Of a DNA stretch of 64,000 nucleotides, positions 47,945-60,726 are shown in pieces. The notes under the pieces were generated by a model. It saw only the letters and a list, made by a program, of their open reading frames with translations. It was not told the origin of the DNA and did not search any database. This stretch comes from Phyllobates terribilis. Its lineage: Eukaryota. The translations under genes were made by a program, and so were the position numbers. How positions within the stretch are numbered: position 1 is the stretch's first letter; every line of letters starts with the position of its first letter. The stretch is taken from assembly GCF_046119375.1 (NCBI RefSeq), contig NW_027362790.1, forward strand, positions 6,386,001 to 6,450,000. Reading direction: 5' to 3'.

Positions 47945-49750
47945 ACTCTCGTTGGATGCTGAGAAAGCATTCCATAGAGTCTCCTGGCACGCCATATATG
48001 ATTCTCTTAAAAAGCTTGGGGTAGGGGTCTAGGGGACCCTTTTGTAGCCAAAATCACGGCCCTGTATCACAATACGTCACCTAGGCTGAAGATAAATGGA
48101 ACTGTAGCACCGAGGGCTCGGTTGCTACAGACGTATTGCACCTCACCCAGAGGTGTGATATCTCACTCTCAGATAAGGATGGAGTGTGGATCAGGACCCG
48201 ACACCTGCATGCATTACACCACATTGCCGTGGGGCAGGGTGACCAATATGCCCCTGAGATGGGCACGACAGTCCCTGTCCCTGGCTGGAGTGGGGGGAGG
48301 GAACACTGAGGAAGGGGAACCCTGCAGTGCAGGAGCAGGGAGGAAGCAGTTCCTGGGTGCATTGAGAAGGGAGTATAAAAGGTGGGCACCATCTTAGTTC
48401 AGTGCAGAGAAGTCTGAGCAGAAGTGGCAGGGAGCAGGGGCTCTGCATGAGCTCTGCTCCGGAGGCGGGCCTAGTAACAGAGGCCCAGGCCTGCAAGAGG
48501 GAGAAGGAAGGAAGAGGAGCGGAGAAGGCTCCAGGAACGAGGAATGAAGGGATCCCAGGGGTGCGGACGGGCGAGTCGCCACCGCACGCCCGAATCCACC
48601 TGCGTGGAGGGGTCAGGCCAAAGGGGGAGACCGGTCCCCGAACTAGTGGAGGCAGGAAACGACCCTCAGCTAGAAACCGGAGGCTCTGACATTTTATGTG
48701 GCGCAGCCCCTTGCTCCACCCGCTAGGAAGGCACCACATAGGGTCAGGGAAACTGGCGCCAAGTTTACCAAGAGGAGGCCCGAGGCAGCCGGACAGAAGT
48801 GTTGGTAAGAAAGGCCAGACAAAGGACACACAAAGGGGGTCCTGTGAAGCGCTCCAAAGTTATCTGGGAGTTGTCTGAGCCCCTCACCTGGTGAGCACAG
48901 TACGACGTGGGCAGCCGTTACCTGCAGACGTGGTCTGGATAATAAGAACTGTGAGTAAAGGCCCTGAACTGCATCACTGACTCCGTGTCGTTACTGCTGC
49001 TGCCCTGCACCATCACCCCCATCCTCCGCATACACTGCCCTGAGGCTATACTCCTCCCGTGGGGAGTTATGCTACGCTCTGCTGCACCCACAACACCAGC
49101 CTTAGCGGTCTGCCCTGTAGCGGCGGTTCACTCTGACCGCAATCCACGGGTGGCGTAGTCGGACATTTAAACATCAAAACCACATAAATAGTTCCGCCAC
49201 TGGTTTGACCGCCCTGAGCCACGGAACCGGATCACCGCCACGAAGACTACAACCACCAGCATCCACCAAAAAGGGTCCGGCTCCGGGTGTCCCAAGGCCC
49301 AGGGGGTGCGTCAGAACATTTTCATCACCTTTCACAATCACCAATGGGACAAGGCAGGGATGTCCTCTGTCCCCTCTCTTATACATCCTAGTGACGGAGC
49401 ACCTGCTCTCATCAATTCGCCATAACCCCAATATTAGGTGGATTGAGGTGGGAGGCACCGAGTACAAGTGCTCTCTATTTGCTGATGATGTCCTAGTATA
49501 TATCACTCAATCACATATATCCATCCCTGCTGTTATGGCTGAAATAGATCACTTTGTTACATGGTAAAATTTTAAAATCAATGCAGCGAAGTCTGAGGCC
49601 CTCGATGTCTCCCTCCCTAAATCCATATAGGATTCCATCCAGTCCAACTTTCCCTTTGCCTGGCCCTCACAGGGTATCAAATACTTAGGAATTCCTATTC
49701 ATAGAGACCTCTCCCATCTATGTTATCTTAATTTTGGGCCCTTTATTGAA
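47945..49750 (+). mobile_element. L1 RT fragment interrupted by a solo LTR
   Basis: SLDAEKAF...KINGT | FSSPFTITNGTRQGCPLSPLL...FADD. Confidence 0.9.
48103..49313. mobile_element. Solo LTR (1211 bp, Gypsy-type)
   Basis: TG...CA with terminal IR TG..GCACC/GGTGC..CA. Perfect 4-bp TSD GAAC at 48099-48102 and 49314-49317. TATAAAA near 48374. Confidence 0.92.
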
Positions 49751-49835
49751 CAATTCCATACAGACCACGGTTGGCAAGTTAGAACTGTAAGATTCACTAC
49801 GTGAACCACTGGTGTTTTGTGGAAAAGCACATGTA

Positions 49836-51196
49836 CACCGCGTTCCAAATTATTATGCAAAAAGTGTTTAGGAGTGATAAGGGAAGAATTTGTTTGTTTG
49901 TCAGTTAAACTCATTGATGGTGATGTGTGTCAGGGCTCTTTATATCACTGTAAGCAATTGCAGACACCTGTGCTAATTAGTTTGGCAGGTGTGTCCAATG
50001 AAAGGCAACACTACTTAAGAAGGCTCTCTCACATTATTAAGCAGCCTACATTTTCTGCCAAAATGGGAAAGCAAAAGGATGTGTCGGCTGCTGAGAAGCA
50101 ACAAATTGTGGAGTGTTTAGGTCAAGGCATGACTACAATCAACATTGTGCGATGATCAGGATGAAGTGTCTTGGCAATCAAGAAGTATGTAGCTGATTCA
50201 CAGTACACACGTGTGCGTGCTGATAAGGGCAAATTGAGGACTCTTTCCTACAGGCAATTACGTCAGGTTGAAAGAGCAGCGGCAAAAAAGCCTTGTCATA
50301 GAAGCAGACAAGTTTTTGAAGCTGCTTGTGCCTCCAACGTCCCCCGAACAACAAGATGCAGGGTCCTTCAGAGGTTTGCAGCTGTGCATACGCCATCCTG
50401 TCGACCTCCTCTATCCACTTCACACAAGCAGAAACGGCTCCAGTGGGCCAAACATTACATGAAGACTGATTTCAAAACTGTTTTGTTCACGGATGAGTGC
50501 CGTGCAGCGCTTGATGGTCCAGATGGATGGAGTGGAGGATGGCTGGTTGATGGACACCCCACGCAAACACGGCTACAGCGCCAACAAGGAGGAGGTGGAG
50601 TAATGTTTTGGGCTGGAATCATGGGGAGAGAGATTGTCGGCCCCTTTAGGATCCCTGAAGGCGCTAAAGATGAACTCCATAATGTATGTGGATTTTCTCA
50701 AACAGCACTTCCTGCCATGGTTCAAGAAGAAGAACCGTGTATTTCACAGCAAAATCATTTTTCTGCATGATAATGCACCATCTCATGCTGCACATAAAAC
50801 ATCTGCATCTCTGGCTGATATGGGCATAAAAGGGGACAAACTTATGGTGTGACCCCCATGCTCCCCTGACCTCTACCCCATTCAGAACCTTTGGAGCATC
50901 ATTAAAAGGAGTGTCTATGATGGCGGGAGGCAGTTCACATCTAAGCAACAGCTCTGGGAGGGTATTCTGTCCTCATGCAAAACAATTGAAGCAGAAACCA
51001 TCCAAAACCTGACAAATTCAATGGACGAGAGAGTTCAGAAGCTCCTTTCGAACAAGGGGTCCTATGTGAAAATGTAACATCACCTAGAATAAAGTTTTGA
51101 GTTGAAAACTGTTTGATTTCAGTTTCTAACAACCTGCTAATGCTTATAATTTCAAAAATGACCATTTTTTTGGTCTTTATTAAAATGAAAAGGTTG
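49836..51196 (+). mobile_element. Tc1 (same family as 5792-7122), right end truncated, inserted in a hAT remnant
   Basis: TA|CACCGCGTTCCAAATTATTATGC. Degenerate transposase (FTDE, HDNAPSH). Flanks 49768-49835 and 51200-51335 match hAT element 2 coding sequence. Confidence 0.88.
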
Positions 51197-51534
51197 ATCG
51201 AAAAGTTTGGGGGATCTAAGAGTGTGGCAACCCAGTAGTCATGATTACTTCGAATTCTGACAATATGAGGGTCATGCTGCAGGTAGTGCAGCAAGAAGGC
51301 ACTTATGTGTCTTGCGCATCTCGGAGCCCCAAAATTATTTTCCGGGCTAGATGCAGCTAAAAATTATTTTTAATTTTAAATCTGGTGGAGCTTATTATAG
51401 ATGGCCTAATAGGATCAGTGCTGCACACTGCTACAAAGCCCAAATTATTTTCCAGTCAAGATACAGATAAACATGATTAGTAATTTGAAAGCTTAAAACG
51501 TTTGGTAGGGTGATTTTAACCAATCATCAAGCTT

Positions 51535-54500
51535 TTACTCTCCCCAGGATGACACAGGGGTAGAAAAGTCGTTTCGGATCCATGATTTGTTCATCTTTAT
51601 GAACGTGAGTCTGTCTACATTATCAGTGGAGAGCCGCGTGCGCTTATCTGTCAGCACACCACCAGCAGCGCTGAACACACGTTCAGACAGAACGCTGGCT
51701 GCGGGGCATGACAAGATCTCCAAGGCGTAAGTGGCTAGCTCCGGCCATTTATCCAGATTGGAAGCCCAAAAAGAGCAAGGGTCCAGTGACACAGTCGTGG
51801 CTTCAATGTTTACTTGGAGATACTCCTGTACCATCGTCTCTAGGCGTTGACTATGTGTCAGACTTCTTGTCTCCTGTGGCCTTGCAAAGGATGGGCTAAA
51901 AAAGTGGTGAAATGATTCCGCAAAATTGATGTTACCAGCAGATACTGTGGTTCTGTTACGGTTTGAGTGCTGAACACTTGACGGTCCCACGGTTGGCAAG
52001 TTGGAACTGTGAGATTCACTACGTGCACCACTGGTATTTTGTGGAAAAGCACATGTAAGATTCTGCAACAGTCTCTGCTGATACTCCTGCAGGAATAATT
52101 TCTGCAAATTTACTTTTGTACCGGGGATCTAACAGTGTGGCAACCCAGTAGTCAGGATTATTTCTAATTCTCACAATTCGAGGGTCATGTTGCAGGTAGT
52201 GCAGCAAGAAGGCACTCATGTGTGTTGCGCATCCAGGAGCACCAAGTCCCTGTTGTGTTGGTGGCGAGGTAACAATCATGCTTCCTTCCTCTGTCCTCTC
52301 CCCCCAACCTCGCACAACAGAAATGTGATCAAGGTCTCCCTCATCTGATGAGTCTTCCATCAGTTCGTCCTCCACTTCTTCCTGGGCTCCTGCACCTTCC
52401 TCACTAGTTTGGCTGCTACCATGCGCCCTGGTAAAACCATCTCCCCCACCCTCACATGCCTGCCGCCTTGGTGCTGCCGACCTTCTGGACCTTGCAGATG
52501 TTAGCCCTTCCGCATACAACTCCTCCTCCTCTACTTCCTCCACCTCCTCTTGTGCCACCACCTGACTCCGAATTCTGTTTAACATGTGCTCCAGCATGTA
52601 AATCACCGGAATAGTCATGCTGATAATGGCATCGTCAGCACTAAACATCTTCGTCGCCATTTCAAAACTGTGCAGAAGGGTGCATAGGTCCCTGATCTGA
52701 GACCACTCCTCCAGCGTGATTTGCCCCACCTCTGAATCTCGTTGGCCCAGGCTATACGTCAGAACGTATTGCACCAGGGCTTGTCGGTGCTGCCACAGTC
52801 GCTGCAACATGTGCAGAGTTGAATTCCACCGGGTAGGCACATCGCATTTTAGCCAGTGAAGTGGCAGGCCCAACGACTTCTGTAGAGATGTAAGTCGCTG
52901 AGCTGCGGGATGCGAACGGCGGAAGTGAGCACACAGCGACCGTGCCCTCTGCAGAAGGCCATCTAGTCTGGGATAGTGGGCTAAAAATTGCTGGACAACC
53001 AGGTTCAACACGTGAGCCATACAAGGCACGTGTGTGACATTGCCCCGGCGAAGGGCCGCACCCAGGTTTGCAGCATTGTCGCACACGGCCTTCCCTGGTT
53101 TCAGGTCCAGTGGAGACAACCATTCATGAAATTGGTTCTCCAGAGCTGACCACAACTCCTCAGCTGTGTGACTCACATTTCCCAGACATTTCAATGTAAA
53201 AACCGCCTGATGACGTTGAGCCCTACTGCCAGCATAGTAAGGAGGTGTGCCGGATCCCTTCTGCGCAGTTAGAAAGCTTGTGGCATGACCAGACAGGCTT
53301 TGGGTGCAGGTGGAAGACCGAGAGGAGGTTGAGGAGGCAGAAGCAGTGGAGGAACTTTGACATAAAGAGGATTGACGCACAACTCGTGGGGACGGCAAGA
53401 CTTGGACAGCAGCCCCTTGTCCTGCTGTCACCATAGTTACCCAGTGCCCAGTCAGCGACATGTAACGCCCCTGTCCATGCCTACTCGTCCAAGTGTCTGT
53501 GGTGAAATGCACCCTGTCACACACAGAGTTTCTCAAAGAAGCGGTGATGTTGTGTGCGACATGCTGGTGGAGCGCAGGCACACCTTTCTTTGAGAAGTAG
53601 TGCCGACTGGGCATCTGGTACTGGGGCACTGCGACGGACATAAGGTCTCGAAAATCCTCTGTGTCCACCAGGCGGAAAGGCAGCATTTCTGTAGCCAATA
53701 GCTTGCAGATGGTGAAATTCAACCTCTTAGCTTTCTCATGGCTAGGAGGAAATGGTCTTTTACTTGTCCACATCTGAGGGACCGAGGGCTGGCTATTGTG
53801 CTTAGACGGGGTTGATAAGGGTGTCCCCGGCAAACTGCCGGTCTGTGAGGAAGATGCAGGCGGACATGTTAGGTTGCCTTCATCCAAAGGTGGTGCTATC
53901 GATGTCGGACAGCGCTCAACACCAGCTGGTGTTACCACCTCCAAAGAAAATGATGACCTGCCAATCACGCTGGCTGTTGCGGGTAAAGAGGTGGCAGGTC
54001 TGCGCCCCAAAACAGGTGTGACTGCTGTCCCCCCAGTCACAGAGGATGAAGAGGCCGCGGATGCACAAGATATGGCAGACGGCGGTTGGCCCGGCCGGCT
54101 AGGCCGCATTGTAGCACACTGAGCTTCCCACTGCAACTTATGCTTCATGTCCATGTGCCGGTTCATGCATGAAGTACTCAAACTATGTATTTTTTGGCCT
54201 CTACTTAGCTTTTGCTGACAAATGTTACAGATAACACGAGTTGGGTCATCTTTATCGATCTGAAAAAATGCCCAGGCTATGCAAGGCTTAGCACCCATGC
54301 GACCTGAAGAGCCACCACGACTTGTGGTGAGAGGCAGAGTTGTGTTTGAGGATGCAGTTGTTGACGTGCTTCCAGTACTACGTCTCTGTCCAGGAAGGCG
54401 CAACCTGACCTCGTCGTCACTAGCATCTTCCTCCACCTCCTCTGCTGACCTCATCTCTTGGCTGACTGTGGGTTGACAGTAAGTGGGATCTCCGACCTCA

Positions 54501-55213
54501 TCATCATCACCCTGTGCGTTATCACACCCGTCGTCCTCAGAGCCAACCTGTTCCTGCCCTGACAAAAAACTAAAGTTGTCGCTCCAATCAGGTATTTGAG
54601 TCTTATCATCGTCTTCCTCATTGTCTCCACCAACAGGAGTTACAGTTTGGGAATGAGGGTCTACATTATGGTCAGAACCTTCTGCGTCTGGTCCTGGATC
54701 CGACTCATAAAGATTCTGGGCATCAGTGCAGATCATTTCCTCGTCTGGATTCACAGAAGCGCTGGAGTCGACCTCTGATTCCCAGGCTATAGTATGAGTA
54801 AACAGCTCTGCAGACTCAACCATCTGTTCTACCTCATACTCAGACGGGCAGCTGGAGATTTGGGAGCTGTGAGGAAGCAAGTGCGATTTGGGTGACACCT
54901 TTGAGGACTGGAGTATTTGTGATGTTGAAGTTGATGTGGAGGAGAGCCCACTTAAAGGAGCACTTGATATCCGTTGAAGCACCTGCTGTTTTTGTGCCTC
55001 ATCTGGAATTTGTAGCGATTGGCGTGGCCGTAAGAAAGGGATCTTATCACATTGTCCGCTAAAAGAAGTAGACATTTTAGTTTGGCTGGAAGATGGTCTT
55101 TCTTCTGCAGATGTTACTGTTGCTTTAACACCTACCCCACGGACACAACCTTTTTTCCCCTTCCCAACACGCCTATTCCCCTTTCCACCAGCAGCAGGCC
55201 TTTTTCCACTCAT
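51535..55213 (-). pseudogene. Near-intact hAT transposase (about 1200 aa; one frameshift near 52090)
   Basis: 1064-aa ORF with BED finger, FTTDTWTS, VCDNA, HVPCMAH, DVPTRWNS, plus a 190-aa ORF with hATC (SERVFS..IKMN). Confidence 0.93.
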
Positions 55214-55324
55214 TTTGGTGGTTAACTAATTCACAACTCTGGAGTTGTTTGCACAAAAAAACAATGGATGGTAACCGAGCAGAGCTGAGTGGCCAAACTG
55301 TGGTATTAGGCCAAAACTATTGGC

Positions 55325-56290
55325 TGGGTTAGATGCAGAAAAAAATTATTTTGAATTTGCAACCTGATGGAGGTCAGTATAGATGGACTAATACAACAAG
55401 TCCCACACACAGCTAGAAGCCCAAATATTTTTTCAGAGGTACTGTAGATGCAGATAAAAATTAGTTTTAATTTGCAACCTGATGGAGGTCAGTATAGATG
55501 GACTAATAGAGAAAGTCCGATACACTACTAGAAGGCCAAATATTTTTTTCAGAGCTAGATGCAGAAAAAAATTATATTCAGTTTGCAACCTGATGGAGGT
55601 CAGTATAGATGGACTAATACAACAAGTCCCGCACACAGCTAGAAGCCCAAATATTTTTTCAGAGGTACTGTAGATGCAGATAAAAATTATTTTTAATTTG
55701 CAACCTGATGGAGGTCAGTATAGATGGACTAATAGAGAAAGTCCGACACACTACTAGAAGGCCAAATATTTTTTCAGAGGTAGATGCAGAAAAAAATATA
55801 TTCAGTTTGCAACCTGATGGAGGTCAGTATAGATGGACTAATACAACAAGTCCCACACACAGCTAGAAGCCCAAATATTTTTTCAGAGGTACTGTAGATG
55901 CAGATAAAAATTAGTTTTAATTTGCAACCTGATGGAGGTCAGTATCGATGGACTAATAGAGAAAGTCCGACACACTACTAGAAGGCCAAATATTTTTTCA
56001 GAGGTAGATGCAGAAAAAAATATATTCAGTTTGCAACCTGATGGAGGTCAGTATAGATGGATTAATAGAACAAGACCCACACACAGCTAGAAGCCCAATA
56101 TTTTTTCAGAGGTAGATGCAGAAAAAAATATATTCAGTTTGCAACCTGATGGAGGTCAGTATAGATGGACTAATAGAACAAGTCCCACACACTGCTAGAA
56201 GCCCAAATATTTTTTCAGAGGTACTGTAGATGCAGATAAAAATTAGTTTTAATTTGCAACCTGATGGAGGTCAGTATAGATGAACTAATA
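55325..56290. repeat. 109-115-bp tandem repeat, 9 copies, alternating A/B variants
   Basis: TTTGCAACCTGATGG at 55356, 55471, 55582, 55697, 55806, 55921, 56030, 56138, 56253. Confidence 0.95.
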
Positions 56291-57209
56291 GAATGATGCT
56301 ATGCCCAAAAGATTTTACTTCACTAGGTGCAGTAAAAAAATTGGTATTCTATACACAGGTGGTATATCTTGCAACACAGATAGGCTACTCCACTGACTAA
56401 CACACTCTGCAATAGGCCAAAAAGGATTAGCTTTGCTAGATTCAGCCAAATGCTGTGAAAAAAACTTGCACAGCACTGGCACAGACCTGCCTGGCAAAAA
56501 CTGATAGGAGCTCATGTAACCTAGTCCTGAAAAGGACTCCAATTACAATTAGTCTTTACTCCCACAATCTATCTATTTAAGAGCACAGACCTGCCTGATA
56601 AAAGTCGTAGGAAATGCTGTAACCTAGTCCTTAAAAGGACTGCAATCACAACTATTCCCTACTCCCAAGCTATCTGTATATTTGTGCGAAAATTGGCTTG
56701 AAATTAACAAGGTATAGCGCACACAGCAACAGCGGTGCCGTCTAACACGCAGCTGCAGCAGTGAGAAAATGGTGGCGACGGGGAAAATGGCTTGGTCTTA
56801 TAGGGCAAGGACATGTGACATACACTGCCAATGACACATGCCCTTGCTTGTGTGAAAAAAAGCACTTCGCTCCGTGTGTGCGCTGCTGATAGGCTGACAG
56901 ATTGCACCTCCCCACTGCAAATGCGGGAAAGAGAAAAAAAAATGGAGATCTTCATTGTTCCTGCAGAGATCCATCCCCTGCCCCTCCCCCCACCCCGCTG
57001 TACACTCAAACTGCGTATTAACATTAATTTTCATCATTACTGAGAAAAAATCCAGTTATGATTTTGGTGCACGAACAGTTATCGAACATAACCTCGAACA
57101 GCCGAATTTTTCTCAAATTGTTCGTGTTCGCCGAACGGCTCGAACACCGCCCAAAACAGCTCGAATTTGAGATTGGCGAACAGTTCGAGTAGAACAACGC
57201 TCATCTCTA

Positions 57210-57428
57210 GTCATAAGTATTCAGACCCTTTGCTCATATTTAAGTCACATGCTGTCCATTTCCTTGTGATCCTCCTTGAGATGGTTCTACTCTTTCATTG
57301 GAGTCCAGCTGTGTTTAATTAAACTGATAGGACTTGATTTGGAAAGGCACACACCTGTCTATATAAGACCTCACAGCTCACAGTGCATGTCAGACCAAAT
57401 GAGAATCATGAGCTCAAAGGAACTGCCT
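57210..57428 (+). mobile_element. Tc1 5' fragment (family of 25971-27741)
   Basis: Reverse complement of 27345-27555, ending at MSSKELP. Confidence 0.85.
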
Positions 57429-57894
57429 GTTACGATGTTAGTAGATACCCTGAAGTCCAATGGCGTGGGCCAAAAGCAGAGACTGAGACAAGAGTAGTGT
57501 GAAAGTCTATTTTAAACTCAAGTGCAAAAGATCACAGCAAACAGTTTATGAAGGTAAGTTCATTCCAAACAACACTTCTTAGAACCTAATCTGTAAGGCA
57601 CGGCCTTCATTACTATTAGGGTATGTAAACGTTAACGATAGTCCAAGTTTACTTAGGTACAGTAATATGCAAACAGAAATAAGGATAGTAAGCAGACGTA
57701 GGCATTCCTCAGTTGATTGTGGACTCACGTAGTGCAGAAGAGAAGACAAACTGGAATATGGATCTGGATATTGAAGAATGCAGAAGGTGCAGCGGAGCAA
57801 ACAGCGATGTCTTAAACCAGAATGAGGGAAATTATGCCAGAATGGGGACAATATGCCAGAGAGGGGCCCATGATGGGGGAAAATGTTATAGCAT

Positions 57895-58750
57895 GAGGTC
57901 TGACCCAATTCCCAACTCCATTTGCTGAAATGCAGCCCCAAACTTACAGGACCCTTCACCGTGGTTATGCATCACTATTGACCACAGACACTCATTATTG
58001 TTCTGCTCTCCAGCCCTTCAGTGAACAAACTCCCTACAGTAACAACCACATTTTTCATATTTTGGCTCAACCGCGCACATCTTGCCAATCCCCCCCCTCC
58101 TTCCCCGTTTTCTCTGTTTTAATGCAGTGACTCAGCGTCACTTGGCCTTGTTTTGATGTGGAAGATATGGCTTTTTCACCATAATTCTGCTATGAAGACC
58201 ACTTCTGGCCAGTCTTCTCTGAACAGTAGATGAGTGAAGCTGAGTCCCACTGGTTGCTGCCAGTTCTGAGCTGATGGCACTGCTGGACATCTTCCGCTTT
58301 TGAAGGAAAGTAACCATAATGTGTCATACATCTGCTGCACTAAGTTTCCTTGGCCGACCACTGCATCTATTGACCTCAACCTTGCACATTTTCTTGTGCT
58401 TCTTCACTAGTGCTTGAATGACACATCTTGAACCCTCAATCTGCTTTGAAATTTGTGCCTTAGAGACCTTGCTGATGTAGTATAACTTCCTTGTGTATTC
58501 TTGCTCAGTCTTGCCATGGTGTATGACCAGACACCTGACTGTATTATTACAAAATCCCTGACTTTGCGCAGGTGTACCTAGAAGAATTGACGCTGTTTTA
58601 AAGTGAAAAGTTGGTCACACCAAATATTGATTGGATCTAGATTTTTCGTTTGTTCATTCACTTGTATTTTGTTAATTGATTAAATAGATCATTAACATTT
58701 CTATTTTTGAAGCATTCTTACTTTACAGCATTTTTTCTACACCTTTCTAA
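57895..58750 (-). mobile_element. Old degenerate Tc1 fragment
   Basis: Remnant transposase 5' half and AT-rich terminal region, recognised by pattern only. Confidence 0.5.
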
Positions 58751-58984
58751 AAATTATTTTTATGTGATAGTGTCTTTTATTTGTTCATTAATAATCTGAT
58801 ATATCTTTTGGTATTTTGTGTATAGTTGTTTTTTTGCTGTTGGGGTAAATTGTAGGATATTGATTTCAGAGGGGTTTCCTGATCCTTTGATTGTAGGAAT
58901 GAGTGGTATATATGTGCTAATAAATTAGGACAAACGTAGGAAATTTAGGAAAAAAATTGGACATATCGGCAGTAATAACATGCT

Positions 58985-59618
58985 GATTGTGATGTCATGA
59001 AGATGACTTGAATTTCCACCATTAAGAGAACAGCATTGCTGGTCATTTATATTAAGTAAATTGGATATTCATTCTTCTCGATTGTGATGTCATGAAGATG
59101 ACTTGAATTTCAACCAATCAGAGATCAGCATGTTTCAGGTCACCCAGATAGAACAGTCCATGAAACATGAGTCACGGCCACTGTGAGGTCATAATGCTGA
59201 TTAGAATTTCCACCAATCAGAAAACAGAATTGCCCAGAAGAACCACCCAGGAGGTATGAGTCATCGCCACTGTGAGGTCATAATGCTGACCAATCACAGA
59301 GCAGCCATGCCCAGATTTTCCACCAATCACAGAGCAGGCACCCCCAGATTTTCCACCAATCAGAGATAAGCAGTGGGTATAAATAGCAGCCACACCCAGA
59401 TTTTCCACCAATCAGAGATCAGCAGTGGGTATAAATAGCTGCTGCCGCCTGCCCGGCTTAGCCTTGCACTGGTTGGGTCTCTCTCTTTTTCTCTCTCTTG
59501 GTATCTCCCGGTATCTCTCCTTCCCCTCTCTCTCTCTTTGACCCAATGGCCCTCTTAAGGGCTACCCCAAATGTGTAAAAGATAGAACCAATATTTGTGT
59601 TGTTTGTCCGTTTTATGA
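58985..59618 (+). promoter_or_regulatory. Histone-gene-like unit, copy 1: CCAAT cluster, TATA, stem-loop, HDE, no CDS
   Basis: Multiple CCAATCA; TATAAATA at 59378 and 59430; GGCCCT-CTTA-AGGGCT at 59548-59563 flanked by CCCAA/ACCCCA; AAAAGATAG at 59577. Confidence 0.6.
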
Positions 59619-59647
59619 GCCTTTGATTAACCCCTTCCCACTCTTTG

Positions 59648-59648
<1 letters not shown>

Positions 59649-59716
<68 letters not shown>
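59649..59716. repeat. (TA)n microsatellite
   Basis: About 34 TA units. Confidence 0.99.
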
Positions 59717-59721
<5 letters not shown>

Positions 59722-59741
59722 TATGTGCAGGTGGGCCTTAA

Positions 59742-60125
59742 AGGGATTTTCCAGGACAAACATTTTGATGGCTTATCCCCTGGTTAGCTCATTAATATCA
59801 GATTTGTGGTGGTCTGGCACACGGCACCTCCACTAATCAGCTGTTTGCAGCTTCGGCCGAGGTCAGATGTAAACAGTGTTGAGGAGCTGAAAAATCACTG
59901 ATCTGTTCACTCTGTAGTGGCCGCTCCCTGGTGCTGCAGATCAGCTCCTATTACATGAATATTAGCTGATCTGCAGGACCCACAGTACAGTGAATGGAGC
60001 TGTGATGTTCAATCTTCACACTATTTACACTTGAGCGCTGCAATCAGCTGATGGGTAGAGCCGGTGCCGCGTGTCGGAGCCCCACCGATCTGATATTGAT
60101 AACCCATCCCCAGGATAAATCATCA
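59742..60125. mobile_element. T2/Kolobok-type MITE fragment
   Basis: TTAA|AGGGATTTTCC start, internal inverted symmetry (ATCAGCTG), far end truncated. Confidence 0.55.
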
Positions 60126-60231
60126 TTATTATACTACTCATACATGAAGAAAGCGAGGTGGCACACCGATTTAATAAAATCTTCTTTTATTCCATTTCCA
60201 TTAAAAATACAGGGAAGCGGCGCCTTTTGCG

Positions 60232-60272
60232 GACGACGGCCGTTTCGCGTGTCTATCACGCTTCTACGGGTC
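60232..60272 (-). ncRNA. Minimal hammerhead ribozyme variant (Penelope-associated type)
   Basis: GAC-CCGUAGA-A-GCGUG(AUAGA)CACGC-GAAA-CGGCCG-UC^GUC: stems I and II, GAAA, palindromic stem III, GUC triplet. Core reads CCGUAGA rather than CUGANGA. Confidence 0.65.
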
Positions 60273-60377
60273 GAGGCATATGGTCATGGGGGTGTGCAGG
60301 GGTTAAAATACTCCCGACCCCACCCCCTGCACCAAACAGCCATACAAAATGTTACAACAAAAAATACATTAAAAACA

Positions 60378-60726
60378 ACCACCCAGGAGGTATGAGTCAT
60401 CGCCACTGTGAGGTCATAATGCTGACCAATCACAGAGCAGCCACACCCAGTTTTTCCACCAATCAGAGCAGCCATACCCAGATTTTCCACCAATCAGAGA
60501 TCAGCAGTGGGTATAAATAGCCGCTGCCGCCTGCCCGGCTTAGCCTTGCACTGGTTGGGTCTCTCTTTTTTCCCTCTCTTGGTATCTCCCGGTATCTCTC
60601 CCTTCCCTCTCTCTTCTCTCCCTCCCCTCTCTCTTCTCTCTCTCTCTTTGACCCAATGGCCCTCTTAAGGGCTACCCCAAATGTGTAAAAGATAGAACCA
60701 ATATTTGTGTTGTTTGTCCGTTTTAT
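60378..60726 (+). promoter_or_regulatory. Histone-gene-like unit, copy 2
   Basis: Direct repeat of about 59240-59608. TATAAATA at 60512, stem-loop at 60658-60673, HDE-like at 60687. Confidence 0.6.

Larger units (their letters stand above)
51340..57209 (-). mobile_element. Large hAT element 2
   Basis: 5' terminus TAGAGATGAGCG at 57209, TTCG subterminal repeats, satellite, then transposase. Confidence 0.88.

Noticed and set aside
52019-55213. Domesticated ZBED-type host gene
   Set aside because: Frameshift before the hATC domain, a retained terminus, and a paralogous fragment nearby indicate a transposon copy.
57428-57890. Possible LTR starting TGTTACG
   Set aside because: No matching CA end or TSD identified.
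59458-59836. (IY)n ORFs
   Set aside because: Translation of the (TA)n microsatellite.
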